DNA of 64,000 nucleotides from Escherichia coli (GTDB lineage Bacteria; Pseudomonadota; Gammaproteobacteria; Enterobacterales; Enterobacteriaceae): NCBI RefSeq assembly GCF_002854065.1, contig NZ_CP024147.1; one strand, 5' to 3'. Shown piece by piece: positions 44,509 to 56,898 of this stretch (position 1 is its first letter; each line of letters starts with the position of its first letter). The notes under the pieces were generated by a model. It saw only the letters and a program-made list of their open reading frames with translations, ran no database searches and was not told where the DNA came from. The position numbers and the translations under genes were made by a program.

Positions 44509-45276
44509 GGTGATGCTGCCAACTTACTGATTTAGTGTATGATGGTGTTTTTGAGGTGCTCCAGTGGCTTCTGTTTCTATCAGCTGTCCCTCCTGTTCAG
44601 CTACTGACGGGGTGGTGCGTAACGGCAAAAGCACTGCCGGACATCAGCGCTATCTCTGCTCTCACTGCCGTAAAACATGGCAACTGCAGTTCACTTACAC
44701 CGCTTCTCAACCCGGTACGCACCAGAAAATCATTGATATGGCCATGAATGGCGTTGGATGCCGGGCAACCGCCCGCATTATGGGCGTTGGCCTCAACACG
44801 ATTTTCCGCCATTTAAAAAACTCAGGCCGCAGTCGGTAACCTCGCGCATACAGCCGGGCAGTGACGTCATCGTCTGCGCGGAAATGGACGAACAGTGGGG
44901 ATACGTCGGGGCTAAATCGCGCCAGCGCTGGCTGTTTTACGCGTATGACAGGCTCCGGAAGACGGTTGTTGCGCACGTATTCGGTGAACGCACTATGGCG
45001 ACGCTGGGGCGTCTTATGAGCCTGCTGTCACCCTTTGACGTGGTGATATGGATGACGGATGGCTGGCCGCTGTATGAATCCCGCCTGAAGGGAAAGCTGC
45101 ACGTAATCAGCAAGCGATATACGCAGCGAATTGAGCGGCATAACCTGAATCTGAGGCAGCACCTGGCACGGCTGGGACGGAAGTCGCTGTCGTTCTCAAA
45201 ATCGGTGGAGCTGCATGACAAAGTCATCGGGCATTATCTGAACATAAAACACTATCAATAAGTTGGAGTCATTACC
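44509..45276 (+). mobile_element. insAB: IS1 copy 3 (insA 44564-44839, insB 44758-45261); right end of the inversion
   Basis: IS1 IRs and ORFs identical to copy 2 and inverted relative to it; inner flank matches rc of the copy-2 outer flank; outer flank does not match (no target duplication on this side). Confidence 0.95.
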
Positions 45277-45463
45277 CACGCAAAGCACTGTTTAGTTTTA
45301 CCATAGTACTTAGTAATAAAAGCATTCATGTTTTCCTCGTATATTATTATTTAAATTCAAACCACCAACTTCATTTGCGAGTCACCGGTATCCCATATTT
45401 TTGGGATGTAGCTATAATTATCCATTCCCGCTATTTAGTCTTCAAAAAAAATTACATTTAATA

Positions 45464-46069
45464 TCATTTATCTTGATTGAGAAATAGTAAGACTAAAAAA
45501 ACAAGCGTCGTCAACCAGCACACTGCTAACACGGTAAGAACGCTAATAAAAACACTCCACTGCTTCGTTTTATACCATTCAATATTTTTGTCAGTATGTT
45601 TTATTGGGAGTAGCTCTTCAGTAGAGAATTCCTGGCTGTTATCATTCCCAGAAATGTGTGCATCAGTGTTTACTTCCCTGGCCTCGCTATCATTGGTATA
45701 GCTACTACAGTCTTCATCACTGCCACGCTCATTCTCACAGACATGTTTCTCGACCTTTCCAAGATATCTGACGCCTTTTCGCGGAATGGTTTTAATTAGA
45801 GAACTCGACAAACCAGCGATGTCTAATGCCTTTCTAAGCATGTAAATCTGCCCATAATAACTGCTGTCGCTTACCGAACCTTTCTGCTCCCGCCAAACCT
45901 CATTGATAATATGTTGCTTATCGGATTCTCCCTGTAGTAAAAGGAGTAAAAATCGATAGCCGTTTTCAGACAGATTAATTACATTGCCTGTACTGGTGGT
46001 GATACGTCGAGACGCTGGGTAAAACTTAACTCCCTGCCCTAAAGAAAAATAAAAACGGTCATCGCTCAT
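45464..46069 (-). CDS. ToxR/CadC-like membrane-anchored winged-helix transcriptional regulator
   Basis: 201 aa: N-terminal OmpR/PhoB-type wHTH-like segment, Ser/Asp/Glu-rich linker, single C-terminal TM helix (WSVFISVLTVLAVCWLTTLVFLVLLFL) with only about 4 periplasmic residues. Confidence 0.55.
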   Translation of the reverse strand: MSDDRFYFSLGQGVKFYPASRRITTSTGNVINLSENGYRFLLLLLQGESDKQHIINEVWREQKGSVSDSSYYGQIYMLRKALDIAGLSSSLIKTIPRKGVRYLGKVEKHVCENERGSDEDCSSYTNDSEAREVNTDAHISGNDNSQEFSTEELLPIKHTDKNIEWYKTKQWSVFISVLTVLAVCWLTTLVFLVLLFLNQDK

Positions 46070-47414
46070 AAGTACCGAACCCTGTTTTCTTCTTCACATG
46101 ACTACTCATTACAACTTTGTATGAAGTAAGATGCAAAATCATATTGTTTACATTAAGTTAAGCAATTATACCGTTTAAACAAAGACAATACGTCTCTTTA
46201 TTTCTCATAAAACCCAAATCCCTTACAGGGCTTATTGAAAAATTTAAAAATCACAAATTTCTCAATACTAAAAATGAGATCACATAAGAAATCAAAAAAC
46301 CTTCTCATCTATTTTAAGTTTTCCCAACGTAAAATAAGAGCTTTTATTAATAACTGAACCACTTTACTGTTCTATTTGTTCAGGTATTGCATTACGGTGT
46401 GCTGAGATCCATAGGTGCATCCCTGTATCCCGCGATGAGACTAAAATAGTCGTGATTTAAGCTCGTATCAGATTCTTAGTGAATACCACATTTGTTATAA
46501 TTAAGTGAAAAGATACATTGCTGATTTACATTTTTTGGTTTACAAAATGTCATCACTTACAGAGTTATCGCTGACATATACCTTTAATCTCTTAATCCTT
46601 TCGTGTTATTGCAATACAACCATCCATAAAGCAGGCTATTTTTAGCAGGAAATACTCAGGTGTCAACATTCGAACCCCAACCCTGAAATATTCATATAAA
46701 TTAATGATTTTTTCATTTATTCACACCTAATCAAAGTATTCAAATTCAGATGATTTTTCTGCTCAACAGACACAAACAGGCAATAATACTCTCCAAAGCG
46801 AACAATATTTGGCATTACGATTTAATGCTTCATAATCACCAAATCATTTAACTATAAATTTTCTTATTTTTAACGAAATGGTTGGTGTTTTTTTGGAATT
46901 AAAACACATACATAATATTAACATCTACCGACATTTCACTTTCCGCAAGACGAATGATTTCGAATCCTCATCTACGTTCTCCCATCCCAAATATCTTTAT
47001 TAATAGGCAGTAACGAACACTGTTATAGCAAGATTACCTTATTAACCTAATGGAATCCTTTATGTAACAAGTGAAAATAAATTCCTTAAAATTGATTCTC
47101 AGCAAATCTTAAAAGTTCTCATTATTCTGCAAAATCAGCTTTGCGAATAATCTTATGTTTTTGGGAATTTTGATCTGCTCATTGCTCTCGTGAAAAATAC
47201 AAACAAGAGAAAAAACGCCATTCGTCATGAAAAGAACAGACGTAGCAATGTAATAACATACTAAAATTGATCTCATGAAAGTGGGTGCTTTATAACCAGC
47301 ACAGAAGCTCAGACGTATAAATATTAAACAATTTGCATTGTAAAACGGAGACTATGTATTAAGAAGCCAATCGTAAAAACGGTTCCCTGGCGAGATAAAC
47401 GACAAACAAATGGA

Positions 47415-47445
47415 AAGCCGGATGATATTTACCTTCATCCGGCAT
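47415..47445 (-). terminator. Probable terminator of glcA
   Basis: GCCGGATGA...TCATCCGGC hairpin just 3' of the glcA stop. Confidence 0.5.
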
Positions 47446-47452
47446 TATTGAC

Positions 47453-49135
47453 TTACGAAACTAACATCCCGGTAAACACATACGCCTGCAACAGCGTGAT
47501 AATGCCGATAACGCTGGCAAAAATCAGACTGTGCTTCACGGTATAGCGGAACAGTTCAGATTCTCGGCCCACCATGCCCGTCGCGGCGCAGGCCACGGCG
47601 ATAGATTGCGGGGAGATCATCTTGCCAGTTACGCCGCCGCTGGTATTTGCTGCCACCAGCAGAGTGTCAGAGACGTTGATTTGCTGCGCCGTGGTCGATT
47701 GCAGTGAACCAAACAGGGCGTTAGAGGAGGTGTCCGAGCCGGTAAGGAATACGCCCAGCCAGCCGAGAAACGGTGAGAAGAACGGGAACATCACGCCTGT
47801 ACCTGCCAGTACCAGCGCCAGCGTGGTGGACATGCCGGAATAGTTGGTGACGAAAGCGAACGCCAGCACCATGCCAATCGACAATATCGGCCACTTCAGA
47901 CTAATTAGCGTTTCGGCAAAGACGCCAATCCCTTTCTTGATGCCCACGCCGAGGATGAAGATAGAGATAATCGCCGCAATAAAAATAGCGGTGCCGCCAG
48001 CCGAGAGGGGGTCGAATTTAAACACCGCATCCATCGGCGTTGGTTGGGCGACAATGGGTGCCGCTTTCAACACTTGTTGATGCAAATGAGGGATCTGGAA
48101 ATTAATCACCAGTGAATAAAACGCGCCGCCCGGAGCAAATAACGCTTTAAACGGCTTCATGGTCCAGATGGTGACCAGCACCGTTAAGATTAAAAACGGT
48201 GACCACGCTCGAATGATTTGCCCCAGACTATATTCTGAAGGCACGGGACCGCCAGAAGATGGCTTATTTACCACCATCGCACCTGCGGATTGTCCCATGC
48301 TGATTGCCGTTTCGGTATTTTTCGGCCGCCAGACTTTAAGGAATAAAGCGAGTGAGACGATACTCACCAGCGCCGAAGTAATATCCGGCAGTTCCGGACC
48401 AATATAATTAGAGGTAAAGAACTGAGTGACAGCGAAGCTTCCCCCAGCAACCAGCGCCGCTGGCCACGTCTCTTTCACCCCTTTCCAGCCGTCCATCATT
48501 GCTACCAGCCAGAACGGCACAAGAACCGACAGGAACGGTAACTGACGTCCCGCCATTGCGCCAATGTGGAACGGATCGATTCCCGTTACCTGACCGGCGA
48601 CCAGAATCGGCACGCCCAACGCACCAAACGCCACCGGCGCAGTATTGGCAATCAGACACAGCCCTGCCGCGTATAAAGGTTTGAAGCCCAGGCCCACCAG
48701 CAGAGCACCAGTAATCGCCACCGGAGCACCAAAGCCAGCCGCCCCTTCCAGCAGCGCGCCAAAGGAGAAACCAATCAGTAACACCTGCAAACGCTGATCG
48801 TCAGTGATGGAGATGACCGAGCTGCGGATAATATCAAACTGACCGCTGGCAACGGTTAATTTATAGAGGAATACCGCTGCAACAATAATCCAGGCAATAG
48901 GCCATAAACCATAAATAAAGCCATAGCCCGCAGCAGCAAATGCCATATCAATCGGCATTTTAAAGGCGAATATCGCAATCAGGATAGATAATATAAGGGT
49001 TATCGCTCCAGCGACATGTCCTTTCAGACGTAATACCGCGAGTGCAACGAAGAAGAATATTATCGGGATCAGGGCGACCAGAGCGGATAGCCCCAGTCCT
49101 CCCATCGGCATATACATTTGGGTCCAGGTAACCAT
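47453..49135 (-). CDS. glcA: Glycolate/lactate permease GlcA (LctP family)
   Basis: 560-aa polytopic ORF recognised as GlcA; sits at the head of the glc gene run. Confidence 0.9.
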   Translation of the reverse strand: MVTWTQMYMPMGGLGLSALVALIPIIFFFVALAVLRLKGHVAGAITLILSILIAIFAFKMPIDMAFAAAGYGFIYGLWPIAWIIVAAVFLYKLTVASGQFDIIRSSVISITDDQRLQVLLIGFSFGALLEGAAGFGAPVAITGALLVGLGFKPLYAAGLCLIANTAPVAFGALGVPILVAGQVTGIDPFHIGAMAGRQLPFLSVLVPFWLVAMMDGWKGVKETWPAALVAGGSFAVTQFFTSNYIGPELPDITSALVSIVSLALFLKVWRPKNTETAISMGQSAGAMVVNKPSSGGPVPSEYSLGQIIRAWSPFLILTVLVTIWTMKPFKALFAPGGAFYSLVINFQIPHLHQQVLKAAPIVAQPTPMDAVFKFDPLSAGGTAIFIAAIISIFILGVGIKKGIGVFAETLISLKWPILSIGMVLAFAFVTNYSGMSTTLALVLAGTGVMFPFFSPFLGWLGVFLTGSDTSSNALFGSLQSTTAQQINVSDTLLVAANTSGGVTGKMISPQSIAVACAATGMVGRESELFRYTVKHSLIFASVIGIITLLQAYVFTGMLVS

Positions 49136-49489
49136 ATTGTTCAGTCTCTTATTATCTTTATATGCTTGATATACTTAAGGTTGTAATAAGCAAAAGAGGA
49201 CTGAACTGTAAAATATAGGCGTTATACTTTACAGCAACAGTACGCCGCTAACGCAATTGCTACCTCTGGCATAACAAGTATATCGGGTAAGGGTTTCTGT
49301 TCCGCACACGCAGGCGCAGAGTATCGTTAAGATGTCCATATTGTTGTTTTAATCCCGCTAGTAATGCGCTACGGGTATTTAATATTGTTAAACCCTGATA
49401 ATCGCTCCGGTTATTTCCGGGATAAATGTACTACCGCAGTTACTATCATAGCCCCGACAATAAAACTTGCCGGGGCTTTTTTGACGCTA

Positions 49490-51661
49490 TTAATGACTTT
49501 CTTTTTCGCGTAAACGCCAGGCGTGTAATAACGGTTCGGTATAACCGTTTGGCTGTTTCACGCCGAGGAAGATCAAATCGCTGGCAGCTTTAAAAGCACA
49601 CGAGTTAGCGAAATTCCCCGCCATCGGACGATAAGCCGGATCGCCAGCGTTTTGCTGATCAACCACTTTCGCCATATTCTCCAGCGACGCCTGCACCTGT
49701 TCTTTGGTCAGAATACCGTGACGTAACCAGTTGGCGATATGCTGGCTGGAGATGCGCAGCGTTGCGCGGTCTTCCATCAGCGCCACATTGTGAATATCCG
49801 GCACTTTTGAACAACCAATCCCCTGCTCCACCCAGCGCACCACGTACCCCAGAATCCCCTGCACGTTGTTATCCAGCTCTTGTTGGATCTCTTGCGCCGA
49901 CCAGTTAGCGTTTTCAGCAACCGGAATAGTCAGCAGATCGTCCAGCAGCGGTTCAAATTCAGCATTGAACTCGGTCTGGGCAATGTTGGCTTGCACGCTC
50001 TGTACGTTGGTTTGGTGGTAGTGCAGCGCATGGAGCGTAGCAGCGGTTGGTGACGGAACCCAGGCTGTGTTTGCCCCGGCACGCAGCTGATCGCCCTTCT
50101 GGCTGTACATGTCTGCCATCAGGTCCGGCATTGCCCACATGCCTTTACCAATTTGCGCTTTACCGCGCAGCCCACAGAACAGACCGGAAAGCACGTTATT
50201 ACGCTCGTAGGCTTTGATCCAAGGCGTCGATTTCATCTGATTTTTACGCAGCATCGGGCCAGCTTCCATCACCGAATGCATTTCATCGCCGGTACGGTCG
50301 AGGAAACCGGTATTGATGAACGCCACGCGGTTGCGCGCCTGAGCGATACAGCTACGCAAGTTCAGCGAGGTCCGACGTTCTTCATCCATAATGCCCATTT
50401 TCAGGGTATTCGGTGCCATACCGAGCATTGTCTCAATGCGGGTAAACAGTTTGTTGGCGAACGCCACTTCCTGCGGACCGTGCATTTTCGGTTTCACAAT
50501 ATAGACGCTGCCAGTGCGCGAGTTTTTCTGCACTTTTAAATCATAGAGGGCAATCGCGCCAGTCATGACGCCATCAAGAATGCCTTCCGGGATTTCATTG
50601 CCTTCACTGTCCCAAATCACAGGAATGGTCATCAAATGACCCACGTTGCGGATAAACAGCAACGAGCGTCCGTGCAGAGAAATTTCAGAGCCATCGGCGG
50701 CGGTGTACTGACGATCGTCATTCAGTTTACGTACGATTTGCCGACCGTTTTTCTCCATTTTCTCTTGCAGAGTCCCCTGCATCAGGCCCAGCAGATTGCG
50801 GTACAGCAGGATTTTATCTTCCGCATCAACCGCCGCGACCGAATCTTCGCAGTCGAGAATGGTACTGATAGCAGCTTCGACGATAACATCGTTGATGTGC
50901 GCCGGATCGTCTTTGCCAATCCGCCCGTTGGCATCAATTTGCAGTTCAATATGCAGGCCGTTATTTTTCAGCAAAATGCAGGACGGCGCAGCGGCATTGC
51001 CACGGTAACCGACAAACTGCGCCGGGGTACGTAACGTGGTTTCTTTACCATTTTTCAACTGGATGCGTAATTGTTTATCAACTACCTTAAACGCCACCAC
51101 ATCCTGATAGCTGCCGTTTTCCAGCGGTAGTGATTCATCGAGGAAACGCCGAACCCAGGCGATAACCTGCTCACCGCGCTGCGGATCGTAGCCGCTGACC
51201 ATCGCCCCTTCCTGCGGGATGATGTCGCTGCCGTATAACGCATCGTACAGTGAGCCCCAGCGAGCGTTCGCCGCGTTCAGCGCGTAGCGGGCGTTCATTG
51301 CCGGAACCACCAGCTGTGGCCCCGCCTGGCTGGTGATTTCGCTGTCAATGCCCGTGGTTTCCACCGTCACGCGCTCCGGTTGCGGCACCAGGTAGCCCAG
51401 TTCACGCAGGAAAGATTTATAGGCCGCTTTATCTTTTACCGGCCCCGGATTGCTGCGATGCCACTCATCAAGCGCCGCCTGAATGCGATCGCGTTCTGCC
51501 AGCAACTGACGATTTTCTGGTGCCAGATCGTGAACGATCTCATCAAAATTGCGCCAGAACGCCGCAGCGTCTAGCCCTGTTCCCGGTAAAACTTCTTCAT
51601 CCACAAAACGTTTAAAATTGGCGTCAATGCGTAAACGGCCCTGGGTTATGGTTTGACTCAT
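49490..51661 (-). CDS. glcB: Malate synthase G
   Basis: 723-aa ORF from [27 protein letters not shown]. Confidence 0.95.
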   Translation of the reverse strand: MSQTITQGRLRIDANFKRFVDEEVLPGTGLDAAAFWRNFDEIVHDLAPENRQLLAERDRIQAALDEWHRSNPGPVKDKAAYKSFLRELGYLVPQPERVTVETTGIDSEITSQAGPQLVVPAMNARYALNAANARWGSLYDALYGSDIIPQEGAMVSGYDPQRGEQVIAWVRRFLDESLPLENGSYQDVVAFKVVDKQLRIQLKNGKETTLRTPAQFVGYRGNAAAPSCILLKNNGLHIELQIDANGRIGKDDPAHINDVIVEAAISTILDCEDSVAAVDAEDKILLYRNLLGLMQGTLQEKMEKNGRQIVRKLNDDRQYTAADGSEISLHGRSLLFIRNVGHLMTIPVIWDSEGNEIPEGILDGVMTGAIALYDLKVQKNSRTGSVYIVKPKMHGPQEVAFANKLFTRIETMLGMAPNTLKMGIMDEERRTSLNLRSCIAQARNRVAFINTGFLDRTGDEMHSVMEAGPMLRKNQMKSTPWIKAYERNNVLSGLFCGLRGKAQIGKGMWAMPDLMADMYSQKGDQLRAGANTAWVPSPTAATLHALHYHQTNVQSVQANIAQTEFNAEFEPLLDDLLTIPVAENANWSAQEIQQELDNNVQGILGYVVRWVEQGIGCSKVPDIHNVALMEDRATLRISSQHIANWLRHGILTKEQVQASLENMAKVVDQQNAGDPAYRPMAGNFANSCAFKAASDLIFLGVKQPNGYTEPLLHAWRLREKESH

Positions 51662-51682
51662 TGTTTCTCTCCTCATTTTCGC

Positions 51683-52087
51683 TTATTTCGCCAACACCGC
51701 TGCTGCCGCTTTCGCGACCTGCGCATCCTGTGCTCCGGTTAAACCAGAAACGCCCACGGCACCAATAATTTGCCCATCAACAACAACCGGTACGCCGCCT
51801 TCCAGCGACGTTAATAACGGCGCAGTCACGAACGCGGTACGTCCGTTGTTCACCATCTCTTCATAGCCCTTAGTTTCACGACGCCCCAACGCGGCGGTAC
51901 GCGCTTTCTCCTGGGAGATGTAAGCCGCAATCGGCGCGCAATCGTCCATGCGACTTAACGCCAGCAGATGACCGCCGTCATCGGCAACAGCAATGGAAAC
52001 AGACCAGTTATTTTTCTGCGCCTCTTCCTGACCTGCGGCAATAATTGCACTCGCCATTTGCTGGCTAAGAATGACTTTAGTTTTCAT
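51683..52087 (-). CDS. glcG: GlcG (heme-binding-like, DUF336)
   Basis: 134-aa ORF from MKTKVILSQQMASAIIAAG. Confidence 0.85.
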   Translation of the reverse strand: MKTKVILSQQMASAIIAAGQEEAQKNNWSVSIAVADDGGHLLALSRMDDCAPIAAYISQEKARTAALGRRETKGYEEMVNNGRTAFVTAPLLTSLEGGVPVVVDGQIIGAVGVSGLTGAQDAQVAKAAAAVLAK

Positions 52088-52091
52088 TTTT

Positions 52092-53315
52092 TTATTCCTT
52101 TTCAAGGGCTTGTTCTACAATTTCAATCCAGTGACGCACAGAGGTACGACCGGCGCTCGCCAGATGCGTCTGGCAACCAATGTTGGCGGTGACGATCATT
52201 TCCGGTTTGCCGCTTTCCAGCGCATTCATTTTGTTATCCCGCAGCTGGCGTGCCAGATCGGGATGCGTTAACGCATATGTTCCCGCTGAACCGCAGCACA
52301 GATGGCTGTCAGGAACGTCCGTTAAGGTAAATCCAAGACGAAGCAACACTTTTTCCACTTCGCCGTTCAGCTTTTGCGCATGTTGTAGGGTACACGGGCA
52401 GTGGAAGGCCAGTTTTTTATCGCCGCGAATTGCCAGTTTTTCCAGCGGTTCCTCGCGCAGAAGCTCGACTAAATCGACCGCTAGTTCACTGACCTGACGC
52501 GCTTTATCGGCATATAACGCATCGTTTTTCAGCATCTGCCCATACTCTTTGACAAACGCGCCGCAGCCGCTGGCGGTTTGCAAAATTGCCTCGGCACCTG
52601 CTTCAATCGCGGGCCACCAGGCATCAATATTATTGCGCGCCCGTGCCAGCCCTTTCTCCTGCGCATTAAGATGATAGTCCACCGCGCCACAACAGCCTGC
52701 TTCGTTAGCTGGCATGACGCTGATCCCCAGACGATCCAGCACTCGCGCAGTTGCCGCGTTGGTGTTGGGCGAAAGCGTAGGCTGGGCGCAGCCTTCCAGC
52801 ATTAAAACCCGACGCTTATGGCGCAGCGGCGGACGCGGTTTAGCTTTCACCGTTTCAGCAGGCAGTTTTGCTCTGACCTGTTCCGGTAAAAACGGTCGCA
52901 GCACCAGCCCTACCTGCGTCAGCGCACGGAAGACCGCCGGACGCGGCACTACCTGGCGCAATCCTTCGCGCAGTATTCGCTCCGGCAGTGGGCGTTTCAC
53001 TTTCTGCTCGACAATATCACGCCCGATATCCAGCAAATTGTGATAGCGCACACCAGAAGGACAGGTGGTTTCACAATTGCGGCAAGTGAGGCAGCGATCG
53101 AGATGCTCCTGTGTTTTAAGCGTGACTTCGTTGCCTTCCAGCACCTGTTTAATCAGATAGATGCGCCCGCGCGGCCCGTCCAGTTCATCGCCCAGAAGCT
53201 GATAGGTTGGGCAGGTTGCGGTACAAAATCCGCAGTGAACACAGGCGCGCAGGATGCTGTCGGCTTCCTGCGCCCGCGCGTTCTGCCGCATCTCTTCGGT
53301 TAAACGGGTTTGCAT
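52092..53315 (-). CDS. glcF: Glycolate oxidase iron-sulfur subunit
   Basis: 407-aa ORF with two CxxCxxCxxxCP ferredoxin motifs; start at MQTRLTEEMRQ. Confidence 0.9.
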   Translation of the reverse strand: MQTRLTEEMRQNARAQEADSILRACVHCGFCTATCPTYQLLGDELDGPRGRIYLIKQVLEGNEVTLKTQEHLDRCLTCRNCETTCPSGVRYHNLLDIGRDIVEQKVKRPLPERILREGLRQVVPRPAVFRALTQVGLVLRPFLPEQVRAKLPAETVKAKPRPPLRHKRRVLMLEGCAQPTLSPNTNAATARVLDRLGISVMPANEAGCCGAVDYHLNAQEKGLARARNNIDAWWPAIEAGAEAILQTASGCGAFVKEYGQMLKNDALYADKARQVSELAVDLVELLREEPLEKLAIRGDKKLAFHCPCTLQHAQKLNGEVEKVLLRLGFTLTDVPDSHLCCGSAGTYALTHPDLARQLRDNKMNALESGKPEMIVTANIGCQTHLASAGRTSVRHWIEIVEQALEKE

Positions 53316-53325
53316 AGCCTGCTCC

Positions 53326-54378
53326 TTAAAGTTCCGCGTACATGCGACCGGGGTTAAACACGCCGCAAGGATCGAGCTGCTGTTTAAGCTGCTGGTGATA
53401 GCGGAATAAAGGAGCCGGTAGCGGGGCAAAGCCACCATCTCCGGCACTAAAGCGGGTCGCATGACCGCCAGCGTTGCGGGCGATGCGATGGATTTGATTG
53501 TCATCGGCTGTCGATTTCAGCCAGCGTAACGCCCCGCCCCAGTCGATCAGTTGCTCGCCGGGTAAATCCATCATCGGCGCATCGCTGGGTAATGAAATGC
53601 GCCATAAGGTACCTGGTAACGAGAAGAACGGCAGTTGTTGTTCACGCAATTGCTGCCAGAACTGACCCGCCACCTCTTCGCCACCCAGCAGTTCACGCGC
53701 TGCTTTTACCGATCCTTCGCCGCCCTCAAGACGGATCCACAACGCATTGTCGAAGTAACATAAGCCACTAATGGGTAATGGCTGGAGTTGCCACTCGGCG
53801 ATTTCACTCATGGCTTCTTGCAGGCTGATTTCCCGACGCAGGCTCAGGGAGGCGCGCGGTCGCGGTAACACTTTCATTGAGATTTCAGTGAGCACGCCAA
53901 GACAACCGTAGCTTCCGGCCATTAACCGTGAGAGATCGTATCCGGCAACGTTTTTCATCACTTCGCCACCAAAACGCAGATGTTTTCCAGCGCCGGTAAT
54001 GATGCGCGTGCCGAGGACAAAATCGCGGACCGAACCGCTCCACGGGCGACGCGGCCCCGCCAGCCCGCAGGCGACCATCCCGCCCCAGGTGGCTTCTTCA
54101 CCATAATGCGGCGGCTCGCAGGGAAGCATTTGCCCGGCGCTCTCCAGCGCCGCTTCAATCGCCACCAGCGGCGTTCCGGCACGAGCGGTTATCACCAGCT
54201 CGGTCGGGTCGTAATTAACAATGCCGCGATGACAACGCACATCCAGCGTTTGCCCGGTGACTGGGCGACCTAAAAAGGCTTTGCTATTGCTGCCCTGAAT
54301 CACCAGCGGCGTTTTATCGCTAATTGCCTGATTCACCTGCTCCAGCAGCGCCTGACTGTAATCACACTCGCGTAGCAT
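53326..54378 (-). CDS. glcE: Glycolate oxidase FAD-binding subunit
   Basis: 350-aa FAD-binding PCMH-type ORF. Confidence 0.9.
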   Translation of the reverse strand: MLRECDYSQALLEQVNQAISDKTPLVIQGSNSKAFLGRPVTGQTLDVRCHRGIVNYDPTELVITARAGTPLVAIEAALESAGQMLPCEPPHYGEEATWGGMVACGLAGPRRPWSGSVRDFVLGTRIITGAGKHLRFGGEVMKNVAGYDLSRLMAGSYGCLGVLTEISMKVLPRPRASLSLRREISLQEAMSEIAEWQLQPLPISGLCYFDNALWIRLEGGEGSVKAARELLGGEEVAGQFWQQLREQQLPFFSLPGTLWRISLPSDAPMMDLPGEQLIDWGGALRWLKSTADDNQIHRIARNAGGHATRFSAGDGGFAPLPAPLFRYHQQLKQQLDPCGVFNPGRMYAEL

Positions 54379-55877
54379 CAGAAGCGCTCCAGTTCAGGAA
54401 AAGGTAAATGACCGTGATGCACATGCATGGCACCAAATTCAGCACAGCGGTGTAGCGTGGGAATGTTTTTCCCAGGGTTCAGCAAACCATCGGGGTCAAA
54501 CGCCGCCTTGACCGCATGGAAGGTCGTGATTTCATCGCTATTGAACTGGGCGCACATTTGATTGATTTTTTCTCGCCCGATGCCATGTTCCCCACTGATG
54601 CTGCCGCCAACTTCAACGCAGAGTTCCAGGATCTTCCCGCCCAACTCTTCCGCGCGGGCAAATTCACCGGGTTCGTTGGCATCGAAAAGGATTAACGGGT
54701 GCATGTTGCCATCTCCGGCATGAAACACGTTGGCAACACGTAAATCATATTGCTGCGATAAACGGGCAATGCCTTCCAGTACGCCAGGCAGGGCGCGACG
54801 CGGGATGGTGCCATCCATGCAGTAGTAATCCGGGGAGATACGTCCTACCGCCGGGAACGCATTTTTGCGACCGGCCCAGAAACGTACGCGCTCTGCTTCG
54901 TCCTGTGCCAGACGGACGTCAGTCGTGCCCGCTTTCAACAAGATGTCGTTAACCCGCTCGCAGTCTTCCTGTACGTCAGACTCCACGCCGTCCAGCTCGC
55001 ATAACAAAATCGCTTCGGCGTCGACGGGATAACCGGCATGAATAAAATCTTCCGCCGCGCGGATCGACAGGTTATCCATCATCTCCAGCCCGCCGGGGAT
55101 AATGCCATTGGCGATGATGTCACCAACTGCAAGTCCGGCTTTTTCTACCGAGTCAAAGCTTGCTAACAGAACCCGCGCCACGGGCGGCTTCGGCAGCAGT
55201 TTTACCGTCACTTCGGTGGTCACGCCGAGCATACCTTCCGATCCGGTGAACAACGCCAGCAGGTCAAAACCAGGCGAATCCAGCGCATCCGATCCCAGCG
55301 TCAGTGCCTCGCCATCCAGCGTTTGCACTTCAATTTTCAGCAGGTTATGTACGGTCAGACCATATTTCAGGCAGTGGACGCCGCCGGCATTTTCTGCCAC
55401 GTTGCCGCCAATGGAACAGGCGATTTGTGAGGAAGGGTCCGGTGCGTAGTAGAGATTATGCGGTGCAACGGCCTGGGAGATCGCCAGGTTACGCACGCCT
55501 GGCTGCACGCGCGCGCGGCGACCAACGGGGTTAATGTCGAGGATCTCTTTAAAGCGCGCCATCACCAACAACACACCTTTTTCCAGCGGCAGCGCGCCAC
55601 CAGAAAGCCCGGTGCCTGCACCACGGGTCACCACCGGTACACGCAGGCGATGGCAGACAGCCAGAATCGCTGTCACCTGTTCCATCTGCTTAGGCAGAAC
55701 AACCAGTAATGGACGCGTGCGATACGCGCTCAACCCGTCACACTCGTAAGGAATGATCTCCTCATCGGTATGCAGGATCTCCAGTCCAGGGACATGCTCA
55801 CGCAGTGCCATCAGTACCGATGTGCGGTCGACATCGGGTAAAGCGCCATCAAGACGCTCTTCGTACAAGATGCTCAT
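54378..55877 (-). CDS. glcD: Glycolate oxidase subunit GlcD
   Basis: 499-aa FAD-linked oxidase ORF. Confidence 0.95.
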   Translation of the reverse strand: MSILYEERLDGALPDVDRTSVLMALREHVPGLEILHTDEEIIPYECDGLSAYRTRPLLVVLPKQMEQVTAILAVCHRLRVPVVTRGAGTGLSGGALPLEKGVLLVMARFKEILDINPVGRRARVQPGVRNLAISQAVAPHNLYYAPDPSSQIACSIGGNVAENAGGVHCLKYGLTVHNLLKIEVQTLDGEALTLGSDALDSPGFDLLALFTGSEGMLGVTTEVTVKLLPKPPVARVLLASFDSVEKAGLAVGDIIANGIIPGGLEMMDNLSIRAAEDFIHAGYPVDAEAILLCELDGVESDVQEDCERVNDILLKAGTTDVRLAQDEAERVRFWAGRKNAFPAVGRISPDYYCMDGTIPRRALPGVLEGIARLSQQYDLRVANVFHAGDGNMHPLILFDANEPGEFARAEELGGKILELCVEVGGSISGEHGIGREKINQMCAQFNSDEITTFHAVKAAFDPDGLLNPGKNIPTLHRCAEFGAMHVHHGHLPFPELERF

Positions 55878-56127
55878 GAGTAGGCTTCGCTTTGTTATGT
55901 TGTGTGGCAGCTGATTTTTGCGCGCTGCTTCTGTGAACAGTTATTAAGCGGGCTTTTCGTTTTCGTCTATCTCTTTAGCTACCGGTCAGACCATTTTTTT
56001 TCCAGCTCTGTGACCTTGTCTTGGTTAACTTAATGTTAAATTGATGTAACATAATCACTTGCGTGATGTGCGTGTTTTGCGAGTTAAGAACAGAAAAATT
56101 GGTCCTACCTGTGCACGAGGTCTGGGA

Positions 56128-56892
56128 ATGAAAGATGAACGTCGCCCTATTTGCGAAGTGGTTGCAGAGAGTATCGAACGGTTAATTATCGACGGCGTAC
56201 TGAAGGTCGGTCAGCCGCTTCCCTCGGAACGTCGACTGTGTGAAAAGCTCGGCTTCTCACGCTCCGCACTGCGTGAAGGGCTGACCGTGCTGCGCGGGCG
56301 CGGGATTATTGAAACGGCGCAGGGTCGCGATTCTCGTGTCGCACGGCTTAATCGGGTGCAGGACACCAGTCCGCTGATCCATCTGTTCAGTACGCAACCG
56401 CGAACGCTGTACGATCTGCTCGATGTTCGCGCATTACTGGAGGGCGAATCGGCAAGGCTTGCGGCAACGCTGGGAACGCAGGCTGATTTTGTTGTGATAA
56501 CCCGCTGTTATGAAAAAATGCTCGCCGCCAGTGAGAACAACAAAGAGATTTCGCTGATCGAACATGCGCAGTTGGATCACGCTTTCCATCTCGCCATTTG
56601 TCAGGCTTCTCACAATCAGGTGCTGGTGTTTACGCTGCAATCATTGACCGATCTGATGTTTAATTCAGTGTTTGCCAGCGTAAATAATCTCTACCATCGA
56701 CCACAGCAAAAAAAGCAGATCGATCGCCAGCATGCGCGGATCTACAACGCGGTGTTGCAGCGGCTGCCGCACGTCGCCCAGCGCGCAGCACGCGATCATG
56801 TGCGGACCGTGAAAAAGAATCTCCACGATATCGAGCTGGAAGGCCACCATTTGATTCGCTCGGCGGTGCCGCTGGAGATGAACCAGAGTTAG
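56128..56892 (+). CDS. glcC: GntR-family transcriptional activator of the glc operon
   Basis: 254-aa ORF from MKDERRPICEVVAESIERLIIDG; divergent from glcD. Confidence 0.9.
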   Translation: MKDERRPICEVVAESIERLIIDGVLKVGQPLPSERRLCEKLGFSRSALREGLTVLRGRGIIETAQGRDSRVARLNRVQDTSPLIHLFSTQPRTLYDLLDVRALLEGESARLAATLGTQADFVVITRCYEKMLAASENNKEISLIEHAQLDHAFHLAICQASHNQVLVFTLQSLTDLMFNSVFASVNNLYHRPQQKKQIDRQHARIYNAVLQRLPHVAQRAARDHVRTVKKNLHDIELEGHHLIRSAVPLEMNQS

Positions 56893-56898
56893 CTGGTA

